A stretch of DNA of 64,000 nucleotides, from NCBI GenBank assembly GCA_027483355.1, contig JAIXUW010000292.1, forward strand, positions 68,628 through 132,627. Reading direction: 5' to 3'. The stretch is from Alphaproteobacteria bacterium (GTDB taxonomy: Bacteria; Pseudomonadota; Alphaproteobacteria; Micavibrionales; UBA2020). This document shows positions 20,101 through 28,815 of the stretch, piece after piece. The first letter of the stretch is position 1; each line of letters begins with the position of its first letter. The position numbers and the translations under genes are program-made. A model generated the notes under the pieces. That model worked only from the letters and a program-made list of their open reading frames with translations, was not told where the DNA came from and made no database searches.

Positions 20101-23100
20101 CAATGCTTGTTTTCTCGTCGGGGCTGTCGCGACGTCTTGTTGCAATAGCAAGCAACATTAGCCGAATCGCAAATGCGACTAGCAACAACGAATTGTCGCC
20201 TTTTATGTTGTTTTGACCCATCACTCTACTAAGAGCGCCCAGCACGCGCTGGCAGTGTTCCGTCACCAAGTTTGATCTTTCAAAATATTCCAGCGTTGGC
20301 GTGGAAGTCAAAATCTCGCGGAAAAGTCCAAAGTGCGTTGGCGTTTTCATGGCCAAGCAGACGCCGTCGCAGAACAAGCGCAGATCTGTTTTAGGAGACA
20401 TTGGCGTTCCCTTTTGCACGACCTTCTCGGCGTCCTCGGTGGAAACAAGTTTTTTCTCCATCATAGAACCGCCCCATCTAGTCTGGGAATTTGACACGAG
20501 CATTCTTGGGGGCACTTGCGATTCCGGGACCAGTGCAAATCCGACTTCCGCTGGTATTTTGTCGAACCAACGACTTTGCACATGTTGAGCGTAGTGAATG
20601 ACCGCCTGAGCGTGTTCTTTGTCGCGTCCTTTCAATTGTTCACCGTTGCCGGATACAAGGGCGATGGAAGCCTGAGTAACAAAGCCGGCGTTTTCAAATC
20701 TGTTCACGGATTCTGTGATCAGTGGAATCATCTCATTCGTAATTTCCAAATGCAATCCAATGAGACCTAGATCGGTAGCAAGATGATTGATAAACCCGAC
20801 AAGTGTAACTGTCCTTTCGTCTATCGTTATCCACTCAGATTCGAGAATTCCTCTAATCTTGTTGTAGAGAGAAAAGAGCGGCCCGGGCTGAAACGTGTTC
20901 TCGACAATATGCAACGCTTTCACAAGTGCCGCAAATGCCATGTACACAGAGCACCAAAATCTTGAAATAAAGTGCGTTTGCATTCTCCAGAGCTCGGTGT
21001 CGACAAAAGCCGCTTTGGCGGATCGCAGCGCCATTTGATAAACACTCAAAATGTCCAATGCACGTTGTATGATACGTTCAAACGTAATCGTCGCCATTGA
21101 AGCGTTGAATTCAATGTAGGATGGCACATGGTATGAATACGGCGCATTGTTGGTTTCGAACAAATGTGTTGCAAAAATATCGGAACTGCTCTTCATCCTG
21201 TACACCATGTACTGTAATTTTGCACAATGTGGAATCATAGAGCGCAGTTCTTCGGGAGCAAGCCGAAGCATTTTTGAGGTTTTTGGGATCTGAACCGCAT
21301 TTGCCAAGTTTTTCACCGTGGCAATCAACGCGTCGACCGTGATCCTATTCTGCGGAAATGCAAGATTGAAATGTGACTTTTGGCTGACAAAAGCCGATTT
21401 TACGAGCCGGTAAATTGTCTTGATGGCAGCACCGGACAAATCCAGGTTCCTTGTGCCCGAAATACTCTGCATTGTAAACGGAGACGGGAATTCCATGGTT
21501 GTGCTAGTGCCAAGCATTTCCTTTCTCAGCCTTTCAGCTCGCTCGGCAACGACGCCGTCGGGCGCAATGCGGACAAAATTATTGTCCAGTGCATCGAACG
21601 AGTTAAGAATATCGTCGGGCTTCAGTCTAGAGTCGTCAAATTTCTTTGCCACGGCGATAATCTCTGTGCCCAAGAACTCTAAAAACACATCAAACTGTTC
21701 ACTTGTTTCAGCACTGTTAAACACAGAGGGCAGCCACGGGAACCGCATTGTGAGGCGGTCTACTTCAAGCGACAGATCCACCATGTCTTGAGTCAAATTC
21801 GGAACAGAGCTCTTCTCAATTTTGTACAACACGGCATTGGCTGCAAAATTTGCATCAACAAATCTCTTGTATCGCTTTGCAAACCAGGCGTGCCAACGGC
21901 TGTTAGGATCACGCAATAGAGACATGAGCAGCCGCGCGAATTTTGTGTTTCCGGGCAGCATGTAACAAGGCAGATATAGACTGGGCAGGTTTCCCTGTCC
22001 AAACTTAATGCCCCACGCCTTTTTCATGGCCTCGAAGAGAATTCGTCCTTCGGACGCTTCCTGTTCAAAGGAAACCTTGTCGCCTTCTTGACTTTTAGTC
22101 TCGCATAACTTGAACAAAAGAACAAACGCGCCAATGGATTCGGCAAGCCAAATATGAAATATAGATTCTTCAGTGGACGGAACTGCAGTTCCATCGGCAA
22201 TTTCCGAAAGGTTCTCAAAATACTGCTTCCATTTGTCATTACCCTGAGAGTTTACCGCAGCGTCGATAACCGCAGAGAACCTCAATCCATACAGCAATTT
22301 TGGCGAAGGGTTGGCAACAGCGGACAAAAATTCACTTGCAGAAAGAGCCAACTCTGATTCTTTAACAGTATCCTCTCCTTGTTTTCTCTGAGTAACAAAC
22401 TCGGCGGCACCATAGGTCTCAAGCTTGGCGCCTTCGATTGTGTTGCACAGTCGTGCCAACAAAGCGCTTGGGTAGATTCCAGTTTGCACTGAAAAGGGAA
22501 ATTCAATCCGCTGCGATTCCTTTTGCACAGCATCCTCGTACGAGGAATTCCTCACGGGAATCATATAGTTTTGAGGCAGACACAATGCCGACCCGGCAAG
22601 TTTACCCAGCGAAAGGCTGCCAAGCGGAAGTTTGCTTCCTTCGTCAACGGCGGTGACTACATGGCGAGTGAATACTTGGCTTGTATCGACGCAAAAGGCT
22701 TCTGTGTAACTGTCCGCTTTCACAAGATTGTCTATAACACGTTCGGGATGCATGTCGACAGCCGCAGCGAGGCTGCGCCCTTGAAGATCAGGGCGGAATT
22801 TTTCGCGCAGAATACCTTTTACGTCGTCGAGATCAATGTCAAAGGAGACTTCTCCGCTTTTCGTATCGTCGTAATTAACGTTCTTGTCGGACACCATATA
22901 GAGAATAGCTTCAATGGTCTCGAATCCGTCATCGTCTTCGTCGTCCTCGCCGTTCTTGTCTCCGTTCTTGTCTCCGCCGCCGCCATTATCATCATCCTCG
23001 TCGCTGTCGGCTAAGAACGAGTCTTCCTCGTTTTCGGAAGATGACGCTTTTTTAGCAGGTACAGCTGCAGGGTTGTCCACATCCATAGCGTCGTCAGACT

Positions 23101-24319
23101 CGTCGTCACTGCTGTCTATTTGCTTCCAGCCATCGTCAAATGAATCGTAGTCACTATCTTCAGCAAAAATCGTTTCCGCCGATGCCTTGTATTCGTCTTC
23201 AATTCTTCCTCTCAGCTGGTTTGTCAACACGTCTATTTCTTCGGCGTTATAACTACCGGAATCCGCAAAAATCGTTTTACTGGACCTGTACGCGCGATGA
23301 AGAGCGTAGACCGCCGCAGTTAAGCGCTCTTCGTCCAACGTATCGTCGACTCCCTCGATCATTTCCGGGATCAATGTAACGGGCTTTTGCACATAAGGAG
23401 AAGTATCCGTAGTTGTTGCAATATCAACAGCCGCGAGCTTTAAGCCGAGCAAGATGGCCAAGTCCGCGTAGATGAACCGGAATCTCGGCAGCAATTCAGC
23501 TCTACTTTGAGCCGAAAGTGAAATCCACAACGCTGCCGCGAACGCAGCCGTTTTTATCAAAAGGAAACACGATCTTTTCATACTTTCCGGCAAGAATGCG
23601 CCCATGGCGTCGTCATACGCATAAAACAGTCTATACATGTCCGTGGACAGATTTTTGTATATCAGAGCCACGACAGACGGATCCGTTACGGGTTCTGCGC
23701 ATTCAACGTCTGAGAATTCCGCGGTGAACATGGAAGGCGGAGTTGGAAGCAGACTCTGTTGGTTCACCTTGGTTTGCAGAAACTCGTGCGCTGTTTCAGA
23801 GACGATTCTAGCAAATTTTGCTTGTGCTCCAATTTGATCCGTCAGAATGTAGTCGCATAAGAAAGCGATATAGTGGTATGTCTTTTCCAACGCCAAAGCG
23901 TCAAGAAGAATCGTTTCGTTCGAGGTCATCTCATCGCCGACAAAAATCTGTTTTTGACGATTAACGACCAAGGGCATAAATGTAGCCATGAAATATCCGG
24001 TCTGACCGTTGGCGGAAAACAGAGCATCTCTCCATTGTTTTTGCAAATCACGTTTCTCCGAGTCCGAGTCCGCAAATTCGATTCCAGAATCGTCGTATGA
24101 AAATAACTGAACCAGGCTCTCGGAAAAGGAAGCATACTGCGCAGATGATTGAGCGGCGTTTTTCAACCATGCGTTGTACTCTAGCGCGCGTGCTCGCAAC
24201 TGATTGTAGTTTAGATAGCGCCTATTGCCACCGAAATATTGCTTGTAGTTTTGCGGGTCAAAAAGACTTTGTATAGAACCGAGGTCAACGTCGGAAATCT
24301 TCAAGTTGTTCTCTGACAT
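17117..24319 (-). CDS. Very large tail-anchored protein (2400 aa) with acidic tracts and a PQ-rich tandem repeat
   Basis: The first ATG is at 24319 (MSENNLKISDVDLG); the track start is TTG. It has acidic runs (DSSDDESDD, DDDDDDDE), a basic coiled segment, five PQVPQAPVIQ repeats and a hydrophobic segment near the C-terminus (AAAAVALVGTAAAIANYLY). Confidence 0.85.
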   Translation of the reverse strand: MSENNLKISDVDLGSIQSLFDPQNYKQYFGGNRRYLNYNQLRARALEYNAWLKNAAQSSAQYASFSESLVQLFSYDDSGIEFADSDSEKRDLQKQWRDALFSANGQTGYFMATFMPLVVNRQKQIFVGDEMTSNETILLDALALEKTYHYIAFLCDYILTDQIGAQAKFARIVSETAHEFLQTKVNQQSLLPTPPSMFTAEFSDVECAEPVTDPSVVALIYKNLSTDMYRLFYAYDDAMGAFLPESMKRSCFLLIKTAAFAAALWISLSAQSRAELLPRFRFIYADLAILLGLKLAAVDIATTTDTSPYVQKPVTLIPEMIEGVDDTLDEERLTAAVYALHRAYRSSKTIFADSGSYNAEEIDVLTNQLRGRIEDEYKASAETIFAEDSDYDSFDDGWKQIDSSDDESDDAMDVDNPAAVPAKKASSSENEEDSFLADSDEDDDNGGGGDKNGDKNGEDDEDDDGFETIEAILYMVSDKNVNYDDTKSGEVSFDIDLDDVKGILREKFRPDLQGRSLAAAVDMHPERVIDNLVKADSYTEAFCVDTSQVFTRHVVTAVDEGSKLPLGSLSLGKLAGSALCLPQNYMIPVRNSSYEDAVQKESQRIEFPFSVQTGIYPSALLARLCNTIEGAKLETYGAAEFVTQRKQGEDTVKESELALSASEFLSAVANPSPKLLYGLRFSAVIDAAVNSQGNDKWKQYFENLSEIADGTAVPSTEESIFHIWLAESIGAFVLLFKLCETKSQEGDKVSFEQEASEGRILFEAMKKAWGIKFGQGNLPSLYLPCYMLPGNTKFARLLMSLLRDPNSRWHAWFAKRYKRFVDANFAANAVLYKIEKSSVPNLTQDMVDLSLEVDRLTMRFPWLPSVFNSAETSEQFDVFLEFLGTEIIAVAKKFDDSRLKPDDILNSFDALDNNFVRIAPDGVVAERAERLRKEMLGTSTTMEFPSPFTMQSISGTRNLDLSGAAIKTIYRLVKSAFVSQKSHFNLAFPQNRITVDALIATVKNLANAVQIPKTSKMLRLAPEELRSMIPHCAKLQYMVYRMKSSSDIFATHLFETNNAPYSYHVPSYIEFNASMATITFERIIQRALDILSVYQMALRSAKAAFVDTELWRMQTHFISRFWCSVYMAFAALVKALHIVENTFQPGPLFSLYNKIRGILESEWITIDERTVTLVGFINHLATDLGLIGLHLEITNEMIPLITESVNRFENAGFVTQASIALVSGNGEQLKGRDKEHAQAVIHYAQHVQSRWFDKIPAEVGFALVPESQVPPRMLVSNSQTRWGGSMMEKKLVSTEDAEKVVQKGTPMSPKTDLRLFCDGVCLAMKTPTHFGLFREILTSTPTLEYFERSNLVTEHCQRVLGALSRVMGQNNIKGDNSLLLVAFAIRLMLLAIATRRRDSPDEKTSIDLTKRESKSSKKKKNEEDAMDVSPTNSLFELRGPKAGGGNSKPKGKRKAEQMSAPENGDQDAPAPDAKPPKEKKPKLPDLSIFTKYQQAVACAFNSEPKAFEKYGTYTSIITITGMQAMINQLPPRARQIYDVFAKVDSTDTVQVAAAATLVGWTASEESITTIRDEVHAARNLVLPDPSYEKLEKELVDTWIKSAAVYSKASEGYADKILDLLSKMDFYNLTGLGQELCMAILDAQFQPFLYEGSVEQLMRAVQVIGKHFQAQNAATPLVKEWADKVQSLAKTATESWAPVTTAIYSIAFDIYDGCFPSPDAVVNYGFSATELRESAQSRTLIGELSLKQYLSGSKLIMEALYHQNIFKEYLVRDARYGYPVIRLAVPAVSLLAMSEALFLLSGVVTKVVIAAYDVKAAENYVADNIRPIFSTSEFDFLPITLEEEEKAISAYFAKNADVEKSKTTLFIAWDLGSTFSSTARYSLWNKSHLTKRAGHLGEYALKEMQNTFAGMKFNSRASSQNAAKLRSAKAKARRVAARAKQVESEASAARTEVSELRERIREYRKLYERPGYGAELTRKAGEVLSSLRKAAAYVPQKAAVIGDIVNSIGNWFRRNPPAAPPQVAPAVQPQVPVVQPQAPPGQPQLPVVQPQVPPAQPQAPQAPVIQPQVPQAPVIQPQVPQAPVIQPQVPQAPVIQPQVPQAPVIQPQVPQAPQVPVAIQPNVPAAPVTNQPVVQKPAGKRKRNTFSKAPNRAQNAPIAYTGSNSSNQPGPITVQLALDDDDDDDELPPQLAQIETKLKVKEKEFNDIVQNKIAVDPGKKKNLIVTKGWEIMGLLGKATPYVKAAAAVALVGTAAAIANYLYASTGTNTLPSDNLSPYGMSMLPNVSDMEPANFSLRVPFDTSMTSNTSFAQPSLYETSTAANTSFAQPFSSETYPAPGMSFPTAPPPPAFETSILPNTSSVEPTNPLPSLNQPDPEPVPVSANGKPFYSNWFAKQATGLL
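18001..18150. repeat. Five tandem copies of a 30-bp unit (gaggttggatgactggcgcttgtggcactt), in frame within the 2400-aa CDS
   Basis: Read directly: the units start at 18001, 18031, 18061, 18091 and 18121 with 1-3 substitutions. Degenerate copies flank the array (about 17940-18265). The unit encodes PQVPQAPVIQ on the minus strand. Confidence 0.9.
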
Positions 24320-24470
24320 TATGTATGTCAAAAAAAAAACAAAGAATCCTCGTATCTATACTTCTCTATTACATCCAACTATCCCTATTGCTTTTTCAAT
24401 AACCGTTTTATTTTTTCTTTCAAATATACATACACGGCATCAAATCAACGCAGATCAGAGAAACCCCATA

Positions 24471-26633
24471 TTATATCGATATGGGAAACCGTATATAGTT
24501 GAAGGGCGCGTTGTAAAACAATGTACACAGGTGCACGTATGCATTGTAGTCCAATTCGTCTTCAGCAGGTTCAAACATATACGGTCTAAATATTGACAAT
24601 ATCGCCTTTTCGAATCCTGAATTAGGAACCGAGGACAAAGCATCAATGCGAATTGATTTGGGGTTCAAATTGGAGAGCAGATGGAGAATGCAGTACAGAG
24701 GCGCGCCGATCAAATTCTGAATAGCGTTGACGTGAATTACAAAGGCTTTGCCTGTTGCCTTTTGCAAAACAGTATTGGCTTGAAATTCTCTAAAGCGTGC
24801 GCTGTTGGACGCATCCAGCCCTTCCGGGAACTGCAAGTCGTGATCTCGAATGAACCTTCCTATTTTTGCTTTTAACTCTGTAAAATCCTGCGCTGCTTCG
24901 GATTCGCGAAGAGGAACTGGACGTTCAAACTGCGCCGGCAATTTAGGTTGCTGTTGCTGTTGCGCCATAGAAGCGGCCTCTATCGCAGCGATATTTAGAG
25001 ACTGCTTTGGTTGTGCGACAGGCGGTACGACCGCGGTTGATATTGGACTAAGTCTTTTCTTTCCACTTGATGTGACTGTGATGGTTTGCATTGACAGTAG
25101 TTGCTGTGGCGTGGTTATTGGAATTGGAGTTGGCGCTGGCGCAGGCACTGGCTCTGGAGCCGGAGCAGGAACAGGAGCAGGCTCAGAAGCCGGAGCGGGA
25201 GCAGGAACAGGCAAGTTGACAGGTTGCGGTGCTACTGCCCCGTCACTCAACGCGAGTGCATTGTCAATCTCCGCGTCGGACATGGTTTCCTTGCCAATCG
25301 AAGCCAAAACAGCCGCAAAAAACCGCGATCCAAACGGGCTTAAATTGCGATTACCCAAAAGATTTTTGATTTGAGAAACGAGTCCCCTCTGCGCTATGCG
25401 GCCGGCATCAGGCGGCAACAATTTTCGTAGATCGGTCACCGCGTCGCGGAACACCAGGCGCTTTTCTTCAACAACGTCGTTTTCCAGATCCGGTAGTATT
25501 TCGGTCATATCTTTGACAAAGTCGAGTTTCTTGGCGTCGCCGCTTTCCGCGACAGGAACAGGCACAGGAGTTTGAATTGGCTGGTTCACAGGAAGTTGAG
25601 TCACCGGTGGCGGAATTTCAGGAACAACTTGAGATGGAATCGGTGCAGGAGTGTCGACAATCGCTGGTTGTTCAGGTAAAGCCAGAGGCCGAGATTGTTG
25701 TTGTTGTTGTCGCAACTCTTGCATCGCATTTTTATCATTCGCCACTTCCGCTAGCAAAGTAGCCACTCCTTGAAAGTTATTCGTCTGCTTCAAATACTGA
25801 ACTTTGCTCATGTATCGTTGCAGAAAATGTGCAATGATACTGCTATCGTATGCTTGGTTTTGTATCATCTCAGCGGCAAACTGCTCTTTGTCAAACGGCT
25901 CAATCTGAGCGTCGCCTACGACGCAATACGATAGCGTTTCTTCTAGCTGTTTGGTAATAGGAAACATGGCCAGGTTTGCGGTAGCCATGTATTTCTCCAC
26001 TCTGCTAATCACAGGATTGTCTGAGACAACACCGCGTAACTCGGGTGGTATTAGCGGGATCAAGAACTCATATTGTTCTGCAAAATCGTCGGGTAGTTCC
26101 GGAGAGACCAGCAAGTCGAATAGACACGTTGCAAGCGACGCGTTGCCAAGCTGTTTCTTTTTCCCCATTCGCTGCTTGAACATTTCGACGTTATTGATCA
26201 ATTGTCTTAACTCGTAAATTTTCATGACCGCTGCGTAGAAACTGTCGATAGTTTTCCATTTTAAAGGATTGCAGACGTCGAATACGCTTGTTGCTCTGTC
26301 GAACGCCGACACGGATCCTGCTAAAAAGCCAGCCAATCGAGTGTCAATCGGTCCCCAGTTAGATCGGACGCCAATAATCATTGAGCTCCAAATCTCAGGC
26401 AATGATAACACGAAATACGACTGGAATAACACTCGCGTGGCGTGTTCGCCAAAATAGTACGCCGTCGCTTCGTCCGGCAATCGCAGTTTCCACGCGCTTA
26501 TCGAGGATTCCACTGCGCTTGGATCGGTGATTCTTTTTAAACTGCGAAGGTCGATCACGTAGTTTGTGCTGGATTTGGATATTGCAGCCGCCGCTCGAAC
26601 AAGTGCGTCATTCAACGCAACGGGTAGACTCAT
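24471..26633 (-). CDS. Hypothetical protein (720 aa) with Pro/Ala-rich linkers
   Basis: ATG start (MSLPVALNDALV) and an uninterrupted ORF. It contains PAPAPASEPAPVPAPAPEPVPAPAPTP and a Q-run. I recognise no catalytic motif. Confidence 0.8.
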   Translation of the reverse strand: MSLPVALNDALVRAAAAISKSSTNYVIDLRSLKRITDPSAVESSISAWKLRLPDEATAYYFGEHATRVLFQSYFVLSLPEIWSSMIIGVRSNWGPIDTRLAGFLAGSVSAFDRATSVFDVCNPLKWKTIDSFYAAVMKIYELRQLINNVEMFKQRMGKKKQLGNASLATCLFDLLVSPELPDDFAEQYEFLIPLIPPELRGVVSDNPVISRVEKYMATANLAMFPITKQLEETLSYCVVGDAQIEPFDKEQFAAEMIQNQAYDSSIIAHFLQRYMSKVQYLKQTNNFQGVATLLAEVANDKNAMQELRQQQQQSRPLALPEQPAIVDTPAPIPSQVVPEIPPPVTQLPVNQPIQTPVPVPVAESGDAKKLDFVKDMTEILPDLENDVVEEKRLVFRDAVTDLRKLLPPDAGRIAQRGLVSQIKNLLGNRNLSPFGSRFFAAVLASIGKETMSDAEIDNALALSDGAVAPQPVNLPVPAPAPASEPAPVPAPAPEPVPAPAPTPIPITTPQQLLSMQTITVTSSGKKRLSPISTAVVPPVAQPKQSLNIAAIEAASMAQQQQQPKLPAQFERPVPLRESEAAQDFTELKAKIGRFIRDHDLQFPEGLDASNSARFREFQANTVLQKATGKAFVIHVNAIQNLIGAPLYCILHLLSNLNPKSIRIDALSSVPNSGFEKAILSIFRPYMFEPAEDELDYNAYVHLCTLFYNAPFNYIRFPISI

Positions 26634-26811
26634 TCTTCGGAGTTTCTACCTTCACCAATAAAAAACAATGCCGAGGGCCATGTAAGCTGTGCAAATATTA
26701 AACGTCAAGACAGTTTAAACCGGCCCGTTGGAGTGCAAACGTTTAATTTTCTTGTCGAGCCAAATTCCTTTTTGACGCATTCAGACGGTGTCAAACACAC
26801 AAAAGAAAAAA

Positions 26812-27405
26812 ATGTCACACGAATTCCATGTAGTCAACGATCACGCAGGAACGTGGTGGGAATTGGGCCTGAGTAGCTCCCTGGTCATTTTTGGAAGTCT
26901 CTCAAGCATTCTTCTCAATGTCATCTTTGCTTATTGGGGAGTCGATTTCATGTTCCTATTCTTGCTCACCATGGGTCTGATCCTGTACAAAACCGGGATT
27001 GGTTTAATGCGCAAACTTTTGTCAACCCATACTTCTCGCGGCTACCGCGTTCATATTATGGATGTAACAAGCGCATTTGGTTACATTTTACAATTTTGCT
27101 GGATTCAATACATTTTCATTCTGGGAAGGCAAGCGTACAACCCGGGCACAAGCTTGACCGCAATCGAGGGCATTATTTTGCTCACCGTGTTCATATGCCT
27201 GTTCATCTTCATGGCTCTGTACGGCAAGTTTTCAACTGAACTGGCTCAATCAAACGTGGCATGGCTTCGCCGAAAAGTAGACCAGTGGTCCAAATCTGCC
27301 ATGGATACCATGGCCACGACCTCATTGTACTTTGAACCAAATATACCTATTCAAAACGCGTGGCAGGCTGTTATGCGCCGAAAGAAGGAGCATTCAAATA
27401 AATAG
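26812..27405 (+). CDS. Small multi-pass membrane protein (197 aa)
   Basis: ATG in the context AAAAGAAAAAA-ATG (the track start at 26788 is GTG). It has about four hydrophobic segments (e.g. LVIFGSLSSILLNVIFAYW, IILLTVFICLFIFMALY). Confidence 0.65.
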   Translation: MSHEFHVVNDHAGTWWELGLSSSLVIFGSLSSILLNVIFAYWGVDFMFLFLLTMGLILYKTGIGLMRKLLSTHTSRGYRVHIMDVTSAFGYILQFCWIQYIFILGRQAYNPGTSLTAIEGIILLTVFICLFIFMALYGKFSTELAQSNVAWLRRKVDQWSKSAMDTMATTSLYFEPNIPIQNAWQAVMRRKKEHSNK

Positions 27406-27449
27406 CACGCTGCTTTAAAACGCGAACATGCGAATTGTATTTGTGTATG

Positions 27450-27458
27450 TATATAGAC
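27450..27458 (+). promoter_or_regulatory. TATA-like element TATATAGAC, about 50 nt upstream of the ATG at 27508
   Basis: The same 9-mer occurs at 6713..6721 (minus). It lies in the 100-bp gap before the 416-aa gene. Confidence 0.4.
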
Positions 27459-27507
27459 GATAAAAGAACCCTGCTGAAAAAATGCGTTTTGGCACACTGG
27501 ACACAAA

Positions 27508-28758
27508 ATGTCACTTTTAATCCCGCACGTAGCGCGATCTGTTCCGAGGCGTCTCAATGCCGAAGTCCAAGCTGCCGATATTATCGGAGGCGGTACAGAT
27601 GACCCGTTGCTAGCAGGATTCGAAGCCGAAGAAGAGGCACAGCAGCAGCAGCCGGAGCCTGAACCCGTCACCGTGCCGATTCCCGAATCCTACCAGTCAA
27701 AAGTAACGCGGCAATATATTCAAAAACAGATTGAACTCGAAGGCGGATCGCGTGTATTTGCTTCAAGCCGAAAACCGCCGCCTAAACGCGTGGCAACAGT
27801 TGACCCTTCTGGAATTCCGGCCGCTAAGCGCCGCAAAACGCCAGACAATGTACTTTTAGATGGAACCGACGACGATTTCGACATGAACGGCGGGTTTGGT
27901 GCAGGCCTCGAGCAAACAGACTCTTTGTTTTCGCGGTTCACAAAGCGTGGCCGTGACGCGTTGAATGAGAGAAACGAGGAGCTCGATAATGACATGAGCA
28001 ATGAAGACAAAAACGGAGAAGCCGTGGAAGCGTTATTCAAACAGTGGGCGAGTCGCAATCAAAATGGTCAAGGTGATCTGCCCAACGCAGAACCGAATCT
28101 GTTTCCTCACGACGATGACGACAATGATGATCACCAACACTCGTCTCATCCATTTGAAGAGTGCTTTTTCTGCGTATACGAAGGCAAAGCGGTCCCACCG
28201 GATATTCTGGTGCACTACAAGACAATGCTGTCGTTTTTTGACGAGAAGATAGCGTCAATGCCAGCGTACAAGCTAGCAGAAGCAATCTACAAATACTACG
28301 AGTCGTTTGTCAGGCCCGCGCTGGCCGCTTCGGTTCCTGCAAAATTTCACCAGCGATTGTGCCCAAAAATGTCAGTCGAAATAGTCTACTCTCATATTAT
28401 GATATGCACTCGGGACCCGCGCGTGTTCCAAGCCATGGTGATTGACATGAGCAAGCGTTTAACGTTTAGACTCATGCAGAATTGCGAGACGATGTTAGTG
28501 GCCGATTTTATGAACCGCCACAATGGAAATCCGGCCGTGGCGCTGGACAAGAAAATGCTGACACTTGCAGAGAGATGGATCAGAATCACGGTGTTTCTGT
28601 ACAAATTAGACCCAAGAAAATGCGCTTTTTACAACCCATACAAAGAAAGGCCCATAACGTCCATGGCGTCTCTGGGTCTAATGCCCGTGTATGATCTAAC
28701 GCATGATTTGAAGGAAAAAGATGAAGACAACGACGAATCTCAAGCAAAGCAAAAATAG
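27508..28758 (+). CDS. Hypothetical protein (416 aa): acidic/basic N-terminal half with an NLS-like AAKRRK, and a Cys/His-containing C-terminal domain
   Basis: ATG start in the context ACACAAA-ATG. Motifs: EEEAQQQQPEPEP, PPPKRV, AAKRRK and HPFEECFFCVYEG...HIMIC. Function unknown. Confidence 0.8.
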   Translation: MSLLIPHVARSVPRRLNAEVQAADIIGGGTDDPLLAGFEAEEEAQQQQPEPEPVTVPIPESYQSKVTRQYIQKQIELEGGSRVFASSRKPPPKRVATVDPSGIPAAKRRKTPDNVLLDGTDDDFDMNGGFGAGLEQTDSLFSRFTKRGRDALNERNEELDNDMSNEDKNGEAVEALFKQWASRNQNGQGDLPNAEPNLFPHDDDDNDDHQHSSHPFEECFFCVYEGKAVPPDILVHYKTMLSFFDEKIASMPAYKLAEAIYKYYESFVRPALAASVPAKFHQRLCPKMSVEIVYSHIMICTRDPRVFQAMVIDMSKRLTFRLMQNCETMLVADFMNRHNGNPAVALDKKMLTLAERWIRITVFLYKLDPRKCAFYNPYKERPITSMASLGLMPVYDLTHDLKEKDEDNDESQAKQK

Positions 28759-28784
28759 ACAAAAAACGTGACTTTCTTTTGGTG

Positions 28785-28790
28785 AATAAA
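28785..28790 (+). terminator. AATAAA poly(A)-signal-like hexamer, 27 nt after the stop at 28758
   Basis: Read directly (ggtgAATAAAac). Assigning it as a poly(A) signal is an inference. Confidence 0.4.
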
Positions 28791-28815
28791 ACTTATACAG
28801 TGCACCCGGATGGAC

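Noticed and set aside
24850-25374. 174-aa plus-strand ORF rich in Gly, Ala and Cys
   Set aside because: It is antisense to the Pro/Ala-rich region of the 720-aa gene. It is a low-complexity mirror of the PAPAP repeats, and the minus frame runs continuously for 2.1 kb.
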